In this document: piece by piece, positions 47,208-56,297 of the stretch | Layout: each line of letters starts with the position of its first letter | Numbering within the stretch: the first letter of the stretch is position 1 | Assembly: GCA_963788925.1 (NCBI GenBank) | Contig: CAWBIH010000002.1 | Location: 580,478-644,477 of the forward strand | Source: an uncultured Actinomycetota bacterium | GTDB taxonomy: Bacteria > Actinomycetota > UBA4738 > HRBIN12 | DNA: 64,000 nt | Direction of reading: 5' to 3' | Translations under genes and position numbers: made by a program | The notes under the pieces: model-generated | What the model was told of the DNA's origin: nothing | Database searches by the model: none | The model's input: only the letters and a program-made list of their open reading frames with translations

Positions 47208-48611
47208 ATGAGCGACGCGCCCACGCGGTTCGATCTCCCCCAGGACCGGCTACCCACCGCCTGGCTGAACATCATGCCGTCGATCGCGCAGGCCGGGATG
47301 CAGCCGCTTCCGCCCCTGCACCCCGGCACGCACGAGCCGGTCACCCCGGATCTGCTCGCTCCCTTGTTCCCGGAGGCGCTGATCCTTCAGGAGGTCTCGA
47401 CCGACCCTTGGATCGACATCCCCGGCGGGGTGCTCGACATCTACCGGCTCTGGCGGCCATCCCCGTTGCACCGGGCCGTGCGACTCGAGAAGGCGCTCCA
47501 AACGACGGCGCGGATCTACTTCAAATACGAAGGTGTCTCGCCCGCGGGTAGTCACAAGCCCAACACGGCGATCGCGCAGGCCTACTACAACAAGGAAGCG
47601 GGCACCAAGCGCCTCGCCACCGAGACCGGTGCCGGCCAATGGGGCTCGGCCTTGGCGATGGCGGCGAAGTTCTTCGGCATCGACTGCCAGGTGTTCATGG
47701 TCAAGGCGTCATACGACCAGAAGCCATACCGGCGCTACTTCATGGAGTTGTTCGGCGCCGAGGTGGTGCCGTCGCCGTCGCCCACCACGCAGGCCGGCAA
47801 GGCGATCCTCGACGCCGATCCCGAGTCGACCGGTTCGCTCGGCATCGCGATCAGCGAGGCGGTCGAGGTGGCCGCCACCTCGGGAGGAGCGATCAAGTAT
47901 TCGCTTGGCTCCGTGTTGAACCATGTGCTGCTGCATCAGACCGTGATCGGTCTCGAGGCGAAGGCGCAGATGGAACTCGCGGGCGAGCTGCCGGACGTCG
48001 TGATCGGGTGCGTCGGCGGCGGTTCCAACTACGCCGGCCTGGCCTACCCGTTCATGGTGGATCGCCTGTCGGGCTCCACTCCTGACATGCGGTTCCTGGC
48101 GACCGAGCCGGCCGCGTGCCCGACGCTCACCAAGGGCCGTTTCGCGTACGACTTCGCCGACACCGGTCAGATGACTCCGCTGATGCCGATGTACACGCTC
48201 GGGCACACCTTCGTGCCCGCACCTGTGCACGCCGGAGGCCTTCGGTACCACGGCGACGCCCCGTCCCTCTCACTCCTCGTCAAGCACGGCCACATGGAGG
48301 CTTCGGCCTATCCGCAGAACTCGGTGTTCGACGCCGCCCTGCAGTTCGCACACACGGAGGGGATCGTGCCGGCGCCCGAGTCGGCTCACGCCGTCCGGGG
48401 TGCGATCGACGAGGCGATCGCCGCTCGCGACGCGGGCGAGGAGCGTGTGATCCTCTTCGGCCTCTCCGGCCACGGCGCGTTCGACATGAAGGCGTACGAC
48501 GACTACCTGAACGGTCGTCTCCCCGAGGTCGAGTACCGGCAGGAAGACGTCGTGGCGGCGATGGCGCAGGTGCCAGAGGTGCCCATCGCCGGGAAGGACG
48601 GCGCTTCCTAG
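47208..48611 (+). CDS. TrpB-like PLP-dependent enzyme (tryptophan synthase beta-like, TrpB2 type), stand-alone
   Basis: GAGGAGG SD 7 nt upstream of the ATG. PLP-lysine context GSHKPNTA. 467 aa. No trpA adjacent. Confidence 0.85.
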   Translation: MSDAPTRFDLPQDRLPTAWLNIMPSIAQAGMQPLPPLHPGTHEPVTPDLLAPLFPEALILQEVSTDPWIDIPGGVLDIYRLWRPSPLHRAVRLEKALQTTARIYFKYEGVSPAGSHKPNTAIAQAYYNKEAGTKRLATETGAGQWGSALAMAAKFFGIDCQVFMVKASYDQKPYRRYFMELFGAEVVPSPSPTTQAGKAILDADPESTGSLGIAISEAVEVAATSGGAIKYSLGSVLNHVLLHQTVIGLEAKAQMELAGELPDVVIGCVGGGSNYAGLAYPFMVDRLSGSTPDMRFLATEPAACPTLTKGRFAYDFADTGQMTPLMPMYTLGHTFVPAPVHAGGLRYHGDAPSLSLLVKHGHMEASAYPQNSVFDAALQFAHTEGIVPAPESAHAVRGAIDEAIAARDAGEERVILFGLSGHGAFDMKAYDDYLNGRLPEVEYRQEDVVAAMAQVPEVPIAGKDGAS

Positions 48612-49696
48612 ATCGCCGTCTGGAAGGTCCTCGGCGAAAGACCGAACTCCTCGACGGCGAGCTTCGCGATCTCTCGCGCCAAGATCGTGTAGCCGACCGC
48701 GTTGAAGTGAAGGCCGTCGCCCTCGCGGATGAGGATCACGCGTCTTCCCTCACGGAAGTACGCGGTATACCCGGCCCGCGGCTCGCGGAACCGCTCCCAT
48801 GCGTCGAAATAGGCGACGTCGTTGGAGATGCTCGCGGCGAATTCGAAGATCTCGTTCTCGCGCCTCGAATGCTCCCGGAGCCGGAAGTCTGCGGAGATGG
48901 GCAGTCCGGCCCACACGACCTTGGCTCCTTTCGAGGTCGCGATCCGCATCATCCTGAGCACCCGCTCTCGGTAGGCAGGCGGCCATCCGGAGGTCCCGAT
49001 CTGCGCCTCGCGGTCGCCGTGAACCGTTTGCAGGGACTGATGGTCGTTCTCCCCCAGCATCACGATCACGAGGTCGGGGTCGAACCTTTCGACGATCCGG
49101 CGCATCGTGTACGGCCAGTTGAAGTAGTCGGGCCTCGCGAGGCCCGTGGAGATCCGGCCCTGAGGCGAAACCCTGACGAGCCGGGGCAGGAAGACACGCT
49201 CGGCGAAGTACCCGAGACCGGCAGCGAGAGAGTCCCCGACGATCGCGACGCGGAGCTTCCGATCGGTTGTCGGCGCTCGGATGGAATCGGCCTCGGCCGT
49301 CGCACCGTCGCCGCCGCCGTTCCCCCCGTTGTCGTGGGGATCGTCCTCTTCCTGCGGCGTGAGCGGGATGTCTTCTGGGGGTGGGACGAACGCGCCCCCC
49401 GGTCTCCCTTGATCCCTTCCCACCACGCGCTCGATGGAGCCCGCCAGCTCGTTCAGCCCGATCCAATCGGTCACGGCGGCGATCGGTCTCAGGAAAGCGA
49501 GCGACACCGTGCGTCGTGCCCCGAGCGGGGACGCCTCTGCCGCTCGCTTCATGGTGGGCGCGTAGAGCACCGTCCAGACGAGGAGGGAGACCAGGATCAC
49601 GACGAGCACGCGTCCGGCCGGCATGAGCCGTCGCCCGTAGAGCACCGTCGCCGGGTTCTCCTCCGATCCCCCGTCGTGCGCTCGCGGCTGGCTCAT
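48608..49696 (-). CDS. SGNH/GDSL hydrolase-family protein, membrane-anchored (O-acetyltransferase partner)
   Basis: N-terminal TM helix, low-complexity linker, and SGNH motifs ([11 protein letters not shown] ... GDGLHFN). Confidence 0.7.
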   Translation of the reverse strand: MSQPRAHDGGSEENPATVLYGRRLMPAGRVLVVILVSLLVWTVLYAPTMKRAAEASPLGARRTVSLAFLRPIAAVTDWIGLNELAGSIERVVGRDQGRPGGAFVPPPEDIPLTPQEEDDPHDNGGNGGGDGATAEADSIRAPTTDRKLRVAIVGDSLAAGLGYFAERVFLPRLVRVSPQGRISTGLARPDYFNWPYTMRRIVERFDPDLVIVMLGENDHQSLQTVHGDREAQIGTSGWPPAYRERVLRMMRIATSKGAKVVWAGLPISADFRLREHSRRENEIFEFAASISNDVAYFDAWERFREPRAGYTAYFREGRRVILIREGDGLHFNAVGYTILAREIAKLAVEEFGLSPRTFQTAI

Positions 49697-49709
49697 CCGG
49701 TCTGGGTTA

Positions 49710-51140
49710 TCAGAATTGGAAGTAGATGAACGGGGCCACGCCGGACGGGCCGAGGATCACGATCACGAGAAGTGCGAGCGCGAAGACGATCCCGAGGGGC
49801 GCGGGCTTCAGTCGAGAGAGCCCCGACTGCAGCCATAGACCGAAGCCTCGAGGCCAGAACTGCATCGCGAGCATGCCGGCGATCGTGACGACGACGAGCG
49901 GTGTCAGGGACTCGCTCGGTGTCCCCCACCCCGTGATCAGACGACCCAGCAGGGAGAACGCGGTCTCCATCGAGTCGGCGCGGAAGAAGACCCATCCCAC
50001 GCAGACCAGCGCGAACGTCGCCGCGCGCTGGCGCATGAAGTCGAGCCGTCGCTTCCCGGACTCCATGGCCTTCGTGTCCGCCTCGGCGTGTCGCGCACGC
50101 CATTGGTGCGCCGCGAGGAGGCTTCCGTGATACGCCCCCCAGAACACGAACGTCCACGCGGCGCCGTGCCAGAGGCCTCCCAGGATCATCGTGATCATGA
50201 CGTTCACGTAGGTACGCCGTTCGCCTCGCCGGTTCCCACCGAGGGGGATGTAGAGGTAGTCCCGAAGCCACCGGGAAAGCGTCATATGCCACCGACGCCA
50301 GAAGTCCTGGATTGAGCGGGCGGCGTAGGGCCGGTCGAAGTTCCTCGGGAACTGGAAGCCGAGCAGCTTGGCGACGCCGATCGCGATGTCGGTGTATCCG
50401 CTGAAGTCGGCGTAGATCACGATCGCGTAGCCCAGGATCCCGAAGAGGGCATCGGGGGCGCTTCGCTGAGCCGGATCGCCGAACACCGGATCCACGATCT
50501 GGGCCGCGAGGTAGCTCGAGACCACCACCTTCTTGAACAGACCGCCGAGGATCAGCCAGGCCGCGCCGGCGACGTCGACGTGCCGCTCGTCTCGACGCTC
50601 CCGCAGCTGGGGGATCAGCTCGTTCGGCCGCACGATCGGGCCGGCGACGAGATGCGGGAAGAAGGAGAGGTACAAGAAGGCGTCGGTCCAGCTCGCGACC
50701 TCGAAGTCACCGCGGTAGACGTCGACCACGTACGCGATCGCCATGAAGGTGAAGAACGAGATGCCCACGGGGAGGACCACCTGGATCAAGGGGATCGACG
50801 ACTCGAGGCCCAACGAACCGAGCACGTTCGTCACGTTGACCGCGAGGAACCCGTAGTACTTGAAGAAGGCGAGAGGCAGGAGGAGCGCGGTGACCGCGAT
50901 CCCGTTCACGACGAGCCTCGCCCGAGGCGACCGGGTCCGGGCGACCGCGATGGCACCCGTCTGCGCGAGGAGGCTCACGCCGACCAGGAGGAAGACGAAG
51001 CGCCAGTTCCACCACGCATAGAAGACGTAGCTCGCCCCGATCATGAACCACTTCCACGCGCGGGACTGGTGGTTCAGCAGCCAGTGGCCCACGAAGACCA
51101 GGACGAAGAAGATCGCGAAGTCCACCGTGGGGAAGAGCAT
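49710..51140 (-). CDS. MBOAT-family membrane O-acyltransferase (AlgI/DltB-like)
   Basis: Conserved MBOAT His-containing core (WRRWHMTLSRWLRDYLYIPLGG). 476 aa. Confidence 0.85.
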   Translation of the reverse strand: MLFPTVDFAIFFVLVFVGHWLLNHQSRAWKWFMIGASYVFYAWWNWRFVFLLVGVSLLAQTGAIAVARTRSPRARLVVNGIAVTALLLPLAFFKYYGFLAVNVTNVLGSLGLESSIPLIQVVLPVGISFFTFMAIAYVVDVYRGDFEVASWTDAFLYLSFFPHLVAGPIVRPNELIPQLRERRDERHVDVAGAAWLILGGLFKKVVVSSYLAAQIVDPVFGDPAQRSAPDALFGILGYAIVIYADFSGYTDIAIGVAKLLGFQFPRNFDRPYAARSIQDFWRRWHMTLSRWLRDYLYIPLGGNRRGERRTYVNVMITMILGGLWHGAAWTFVFWGAYHGSLLAAHQWRARHAEADTKAMESGKRRLDFMRQRAATFALVCVGWVFFRADSMETAFSLLGRLITGWGTPSESLTPLVVVTIAGMLAMQFWPRGFGLWLQSGLSRLKPAPLGIVFALALLVIVILGPSGVAPFIYFQF

Positions 51141-51162
51141 CGGAGACGGATGCTAGCCGAGG

Positions 51163-52104
51163 TCAGAGAGGGAACTCAGTCGCGTCCTCGGGCCGGTCTG
51201 CCGTATCCGCGACGGCAGGTGCCTCCTCCGATGCCTTCGACCGGGACAGGGCTCCGATGTAGACGCCCGCGAGGACGAACGGCGACCCGAGCAGGAGCGA
51301 AGAGGTGACCTCCTCGCCCAGCAAGAGCGCGCCCCCGATCACGGAGACGATCGGGAACAGGACGAACTGGTAGCTCGCGCCGGTGGCGGTCCATCGTTGG
51401 ATCACATACACGACGAGCATGAACAGGAACGGGGAAGCGATCGCCAGGTAGACGATGGCCGCCCACACGCTCGGGCTCTCCGGAGCACTCCATGACTCGC
51501 CCGCGATCGAGGACAGCAGCAGGAGGAGCACCGCGCCCACCGACATGCCGATCGCGTTCGTCACGACCGGGTGCGCCGACGGAAGCAGCTTCAGGACGAT
51601 GCCCGACTCCGATGCCGCCGCCGCCGCGACCACGACCGCGAGCACCGAGACGAGGGAGACGTCGCCGGCGAGGGCGCCGGAGGACATGATCGCGATCCCC
51701 GTCAGGGCCACCACCGCGCCGACGACGCCGCGGAGCCGCAGCCGTTCCAGCCGATGGGCAGCGGCGAACATGACCGTCAGCAGCGGGACCGCGGCCATGA
51801 TCGTGCCGCCGAGGCCCGCGGGGACTTCTTGCGATCCCCAGTAGAAGAAGGCGTACGCGATCAGGAAGCTGAGGATGCCGTAGACGAAGGCGCCTCCCAG
51901 AGCTCGACCCTGCGGGAGCGGGTACCGCCCGCGGGCAACCAGCGCCCAGAGGATCAGCGAGGCCCCGAGGAACCTGATCCCGGCTCCCCAGAACGGGTCC
52001 AGCTCGCGGTTGCTGAACCGGACGGCCACGATGTTCGAGCCGGCGAGGATCACGACGCCCGCGAAGGCCATCAGGATCCGCTTGTCGATGACGCCGCCGT
52101 TCAT
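51163..52104 (-). CDS. EamA/DMT-family transporter
   Basis: Ten TM helices in two EamA repeats. Confidence 0.75.
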   Translation of the reverse strand: MNGGVIDKRILMAFAGVVILAGSNIVAVRFSNRELDPFWGAGIRFLGASLILWALVARGRYPLPQGRALGGAFVYGILSFLIAYAFFYWGSQEVPAGLGGTIMAAVPLLTVMFAAAHRLERLRLRGVVGAVVALTGIAIMSSGALAGDVSLVSVLAVVVAAAAASESGIVLKLLPSAHPVVTNAIGMSVGAVLLLLLSSIAGESWSAPESPSVWAAIVYLAIASPFLFMLVVYVIQRWTATGASYQFVLFPIVSVIGGALLLGEEVTSSLLLGSPFVLAGVYIGALSRSKASEEAPAVADTADRPEDATEFPL

Positions 52105-52185
52105 CGGCGGATGATAGGTCCCGGATGTGGGGCGGATGTAGCCTGTGGCCCCACCGAACCGGCCACACCAACTACAGGAGGACCG

Positions 52186-52377
52186 ATGTCACGCGATATC
52201 GACTGGCACGTGTTCGACAAGGCCGCCGACGTCACCGCCTCGGCGGTGCGAGGTGCGATGGGCTCTCAGGGAAGTCAACCTGCGTCCTACGTCGCCGACG
52301 TGTTCCGCGAGATCTACTCGGCGTTACGAGAGGTGACGGACGAGATGCCGTCGAAGGATCAGAACACCGGGTTCTGA
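52186..52377 (+). CDS. Small hypothetical protein (63 aa)
   Basis: AGGAGG SD 4 nt upstream of the ATG. Stop sits 4 nt before the next start. Confidence 0.45.
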   Translation: MSRDIDWHVFDKAADVTASAVRGAMGSQGSQPASYVADVFREIYSALREVTDEMPSKDQNTGF

Positions 52378-52381
52378 GCGC

Positions 52382-53245
52382 GTGGATCTCGCACAGCTTC
52401 GCTCGGTGGTCCTCGAGTGGTATCGCCCGCGGCGCTACGCGTACGCGTGGCGCCGCGGGCGGCGTAGTCCCTATCGCACCCTGGTCTCGGAGGTGATGCT
52501 CCAGCAGACCCAGGCAGTTCGGGTCGAGCCCATCTTCGAAGCCTTCATCGCCCGGTTCCCCGACGTCGGCGCGCTCGCCGACGCCTCGCGCGCCGACGTC
52601 CTCCGTGCCTGGGCGGGTCTCGGGTACAACCGCCGCGGGGTTGCCCTCCACGAGGCCGCACGCGTCATCGCTCACGAACACGGCGGCCGGGTGCCGAAGG
52701 ACGGGGATGCTCTCCGCCGTCTTCCCGGCGTCGGCCCGTACACCGCCGCCGCCGTGGCGTCGATCGGCTACGACGAGCCCGTCGCGGCGGTCGACACCAA
52801 CGTCCGGAGGATCACCGCGCGAGCGATCCACGGAGTCGAGTGGGACGAGGTGGCGTCCGATCGGCTCGCTCGCGACGCGCAGGCCTGGCTCGACCCATCG
52901 GCCCCGGGGGACTGGAACCAAGCGCTGATGGATCTCGGGCGCGTCTTCTGCCGGCCGGCGCCGCGTTGCGGAGACTGCCCCCTCGCGTCCCACTGCCGGT
53001 TCCGTGTCGCCGGCCGGACGCCGAGACCGTCCGGCCGGCGGCAGTCACCGTTCGAAGGGAGCACTCGCCAGGTGCGCGGCTCTGTGGTGGAGGCCCTCCG
53101 CACACAGCGCTCGGCGAGCGCCGAGGCGCTCGCCGAGCGCACGGGCCATCCCGCCCGCGCGATCGTCGCCGCGGCGGATTCGCTCGTTCGTGACGGGATC
53201 CTCGAGCGGACCCGTTCCGGCCGGCTGCGCCTCGCCGTTCGTTGA
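52382..53245 (+). CDS. HhH-GPD base-excision DNA glycosylase with [4Fe-4S] cluster (MutY/EndoIII family, lacks Nudix-like C-terminal domain)
   Basis: HhH-GPD motifs (LPGVGPYTAAAV). Cys cluster CRPAPRCGDCPLASHC. Confidence 0.8.
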   Translation: MDLAQLRSVVLEWYRPRRYAYAWRRGRRSPYRTLVSEVMLQQTQAVRVEPIFEAFIARFPDVGALADASRADVLRAWAGLGYNRRGVALHEAARVIAHEHGGRVPKDGDALRRLPGVGPYTAAAVASIGYDEPVAAVDTNVRRITARAIHGVEWDEVASDRLARDAQAWLDPSAPGDWNQALMDLGRVFCRPAPRCGDCPLASHCRFRVAGRTPRPSGRRQSPFEGSTRQVRGSVVEALRTQRSASAEALAERTGHPARAIVAAADSLVRDGILERTRSGRLRLAVR

Positions 53246-53252
53246 CGGCACC

Positions 53253-53268
53253 GTAAGCATCTGCTTAC
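53253..53268. promoter_or_regulatory. Palindrome GTAAGCAtcTGCTTAC immediately upstream of the ArsR-family gene (candidate operator)
   Basis: Perfect 7-2-7 inverted repeat at -24 to -9 relative to the ATG at 53277. Confidence 0.45.
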
Positions 53269-53276
53269 ATCCGCGC

Positions 53277-53612
53277 ATGGAGGCTGCTCTGAAAGCGATC
53301 GCCGAGCCTCGCCGCCGCCAGATCTTGCGCCTGGTCTGGGATGCGGAGCGCTCCGCGGGCGACATCGCCTCCCACTTCGACGTCAGTCGGCCCGCGATCT
53401 CGCAGCACCTCACCGTCTTACGAACGGCCGGGCTCGTGACCGACCGGCGGGACGGCGCCCGGCGTCTGTATCGGGCCAACCGTGAAGCGCTCGCGGAGCT
53501 GCAGGCCTCGCTCGAAGCCTTCTGGAGCGGCAGCCTGGCGACCCTGAAGGAAGAAGTGGAAGCCGAGGAAGGGAGACGACGTGGCCGCGGGAACGCTCAC
53601 CGTCAACGCTGA
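53277..53612 (+). CDS. ArsR/SmtB-family transcriptional regulator (no canonical metal-site residues)
   Basis: Winged HTH (SAGDIASHFDVSRPAISQHLTVLRTAGLV). 111 aa. Confidence 0.8.
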   Translation: MEAALKAIAEPRRRQILRLVWDAERSAGDIASHFDVSRPAISQHLTVLRTAGLVTDRRDGARRLYRANREALAELQASLEAFWSGSLATLKEEVEAEEGRRRGRGNAHRQR

Positions 53613-54045
53613 GATCCGGATCGAGGCGCCGCCGGACGCGGTGTTCCCGTTCCTCACCGACCCGGAGAAGATCGTGAGGTGGAAGGGGGTGGACGCCACG
53701 GTGGAGGCATCTCCCGGCGGGGTGTACCGCGTGAATGTGACCGGCACGAACCATGCAGTGGGGGAGTACGTGGAGATCGATCCTCCTCGGCGCGTGGTGT
53801 TCACCTGGGGGTGGGAGGGGGACGAACAGCTGCCGCCCGGCTCCTCGACCGTCACGATCGAGTTGATCCCCGACGGCGACGCGACGATCGTGCGGCTGAC
53901 GCACTCGGGGTTGCCCGAGGGCGCCGACGCGGCGCAGCTCGCGGGTTGGGAGCACTTCCTCCCGCGTCTCGCCACGGTCGCGAGCGGCGGCGATCCCGGA
54001 CCCGACCCCTGGGTGCAACGAGCGGACGGCCAAGAACCGAGCTAG
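53581..54045 (+). CDS. SRPBCC-superfamily protein (AHSA1/activator-of-Hsp90-ATPase-homolog-like)
   Basis: GTG start overlapping the ArsR 3' end by 32 nt. Typical AHSA1-like N-terminus (IRIEAPPDAVFPFLTDPEKIVRW). Confidence 0.7.
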   Translation: MAAGTLTVNAEIRIEAPPDAVFPFLTDPEKIVRWKGVDATVEASPGGVYRVNVTGTNHAVGEYVEIDPPRRVVFTWGWEGDEQLPPGSSTVTIELIPDGDATIVRLTHSGLPEGADAAQLAGWEHFLPRLATVASGGDPGPDPWVQRADGQEPS

Positions 54046-54135
54046 CGCGCCGCCGGTTGACGACCGCTCCCTGAGCTCGATACCGTACGCCCATCATGCG
54101 AATGGGAATGGTTCTCACTCCCGCTTCGGGAACCG

Positions 54136-54948
54136 ATGTCCTGGCGAGCCGAGATGGGCGCTGAGACCGCGCCCCACGTCGCGGCACGCGCGCCTCGGGG
54201 TGCCGAGGTGCTGGTTCGTGCCGCCGGCCTCTCGTTCGGTTATGCGCACGAGGCGGTTCTCCGAGACGTCACGCTCGAGGTCCGCGCCGGCGAGTTCGTG
54301 GCGTTGGTGGGCCCGAACGGGTCGGGGAAATCAACCCTCCTCAAGGTCTTGTTGGGGGCACTCGAGCCGCAGTCCGGCCGGGTGGAGCTGCTGGGCCGCA
54401 CACCGGGAGATGTGCGGGACCGATGGCGAGTGGGCTACGTCCCCCAGCGACCCTCGTTGCTCTCCGAAGTGCCGGCGACGGTGGAGGAGATCGTGGCCGC
54501 CGGAAGGCTTCGCCGTCGCGGATGGTGGCGGGGCCTCACGACATCCGATCACGCGGCGGTGGGACACGCGATCGAGTCCGTCGGGCTCGCCGACCTCTCA
54601 TCGCGACCGCTCAACGAGCTCTCGATCGGGCAGCAACAGCGCGCGTTCATCGCGAGGGCGTTCGCCGGCGAACCGGAGCTGCTGGTCCTGGACGAGCCGA
54701 TCGCGGGGGTGGACGCCGAGTCCCAACGCCGCTTCCGTGACTCGCTCGTCCACCTCATCCGCCAGCACGGCGCCGGCGTGTTGCTCGTGTCCCACGAACT
54801 CGCCGCCGTGGCCGACGTGATCGACCGGGTCGTCGTGCTCAAGGGTCGGGTCGTGTTCGATGGCAGTCCCTCGGAGCTCGCCGCGCGCGGCGTGTCCCTC
54901 GGCGTCCACCGCGAGGATCTGCCGCTCTGGCTCGAGGACCTCCGTTGA
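54136..54948 (+). CDS. znuC: Metal (zinc/manganese-type) ABC transporter ATP-binding protein
   Basis: Walker A GPNGSGKST. Signature LSIGQQQRAF. Walker B LLVLDEP. Co-operonic with a ZnuB-type permease and zur. Confidence 0.75.
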   Translation: MSWRAEMGAETAPHVAARAPRGAEVLVRAAGLSFGYAHEAVLRDVTLEVRAGEFVALVGPNGSGKSTLLKVLLGALEPQSGRVELLGRTPGDVRDRWRVGYVPQRPSLLSEVPATVEEIVAAGRLRRRGWWRGLTTSDHAAVGHAIESVGLADLSSRPLNELSIGQQQRAFIARAFAGEPELLVLDEPIAGVDAESQRRFRDSLVHLIRQHGAGVLLVSHELAAVADVIDRVVVLKGRVVFDGSPSELAARGVSLGVHREDLPLWLEDLR

Positions 54949-55790
54949 TCATCGCACTTCCGATCCCGTATCCGTTCGAAACCGCCGAGGCACAGCGGGC
55001 GCTGATCGCGTGTCTCACCGTCGGAGTGTTCGCGCCGATGATCGGGGCCTTCCTGGTGCAGAAGCGGATGTCTCTCGTAGGCGACGGCATCGCTCACGTG
55101 GCGTTCGCCGGCGTCGGTGCGGGCCTGCTCCTCCGTGTCTGGCCGGTGTGGACCGCTCTCGCGTTCGCGATGATCGGAGCCATCGGCGTGGAGATGCTCC
55201 GTCTCAAGCGGAAGGCCGCCGGAGACCTCGCGCTGGCGCTCTTCTTCTACGTCGGCATCGCGTTGGGGGCGGTGTTCGCGAGCAGGGCCGGGAACGCCGA
55301 CCTCGAAACGCTGTCGTTCCTGTTCGGGGACCCGTACGCCGTGACCTGGGCTGAGGTCGTCACGATCGGCGCGCTGGGGGTGGCCGTCGTCGCGTGGATG
55401 CGCCTCGCCGGCCGCGCATTGTTCGCCGTCGTCACCGACGAGGACTGGTCGCGGGTCGCGGGCCTTCCGGTCGGGCCGCTGAGCGTCGCTCTTGCCGCGC
55501 TCACGGCGGGCGTCATCATCGCCGGGATGCGGGTCGTCGGGGTCCTGCTGATCGCAGCGATGATGGTATTGCCGGTCGCGTCGGCGCAGCTGATCGCACG
55601 CTCGTTCAGGGGGACGTTGCGGCTCGCCGTGGCGATCGGAGCAGTGTCGTCGCTCGTCGGGCTCATACTCGCGCGGCCACTCGATCTCGCGCCCGGCGGC
55701 TCGATCGTGTTCGTCGCGGCGGCGTTCTTCGCGACGGTCGCCCTCGCGAAGCGCACGGCACCGCGTGCCCTCCAGCAGGAGGCCCACTGA
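54945..55790 (+). CDS. znuB: Metal ABC transporter permease (ZnuB/MntC family)
   Basis: Eight TM helices of the ABC-3 family. Overlaps both flanking genes by 1-4 nt. Confidence 0.75.
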   Translation: MIIALPIPYPFETAEAQRALIACLTVGVFAPMIGAFLVQKRMSLVGDGIAHVAFAGVGAGLLLRVWPVWTALAFAMIGAIGVEMLRLKRKAAGDLALALFFYVGIALGAVFASRAGNADLETLSFLFGDPYAVTWAEVVTIGALGVAVVAWMRLAGRALFAVVTDEDWSRVAGLPVGPLSVALAALTAGVIIAGMRVVGVLLIAAMMVLPVASAQLIARSFRGTLRLAVAIGAVSSLVGLILARPLDLAPGGSIVFVAAAFFATVALAKRTAPRALQQEAH

Positions 55791-56224
55791 TGGAGATCCA
55801 TCAGCAGGCGGCGTCGAGGTTGGCGACCTCCGGTCAGCGATACACGCGAACCCGCCGACGACTCGTGGACATCCTGTCGAGAGCCGGGATGCCGCTCGCA
55901 CTTCCCGACATCGTCCGAGGCCGGAAGAACCTGCCGCAGAGCTCCGCGTATCGGAACCTCGCCGAGCTGGAATCGGTTGGGCTCGTGCGCAGGGTTGCCT
56001 CCGAGGACGGCTTCGGCCGGTACGAGCTCGCCGAGGAGCTGACGGGTCACCACCACCACCTCATGTGCTCTCGGTGCGGTCGCGTACAGGATCTCCACAT
56101 CCCCACGGCGTTGGAGCGCCAGCTCGATCGGACGCTCGACGCGCTCGCCAGAGAAGCCCGGTTCGCGAGCGTCAGCCACCGCCTCGACCTGATCGGTCTG
56201 TGCCGGGACTGCGCGGGCGCCTGA
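55790..56224 (+). CDS. zur: Fur-family metalloregulator (Zur-like)
   Basis: Winged helix, HHHH metal site and CxxC...CxxC (CSRCGRV...CRDC). ATGA overlap with the permease. Confidence 0.8.
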   Translation: MEIHQQAASRLATSGQRYTRTRRRLVDILSRAGMPLALPDIVRGRKNLPQSSAYRNLAELESVGLVRRVASEDGFGRYELAEELTGHHHHLMCSRCGRVQDLHIPTALERQLDRTLDALAREARFASVSHRLDLIGLCRDCAGA

Positions 56225-56263
56225 CCGAAAGCATCCGACCTCGTCATCTATCCTGAGGTGCTG

Positions 56264-56285
56264 ACGCAGCCGGCGGGCTGCGTCC
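56264..56285 (+). other. Hairpin GACGCAGCC-ggcg-GGCTGCGTC between zur and the downstream gene
   Basis: Perfect 9-bp stem 40 nt after the zur stop and 13 nt before the GTG 56298 start. No U-tract. Confidence 0.3.
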
Positions 56286-56297
56286 AACGGGAGGATC

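Noticed and set aside
46247-47551. 434-aa plus-strand Arg-rich ORF
   Set aside because: It is out-of-frame and overlapping with the CDP-alcohol transferase, Rieske and TrpB2 genes. Translation is Arg/Gly/Pro-rich.
54045-54136. Zur-box-like AT-rich palindrome upstream of znuC
   Set aside because: The candidate GAATGGGAATGGTTC is not a palindrome and does not resemble actinobacterial Zur boxes. No confident site found.
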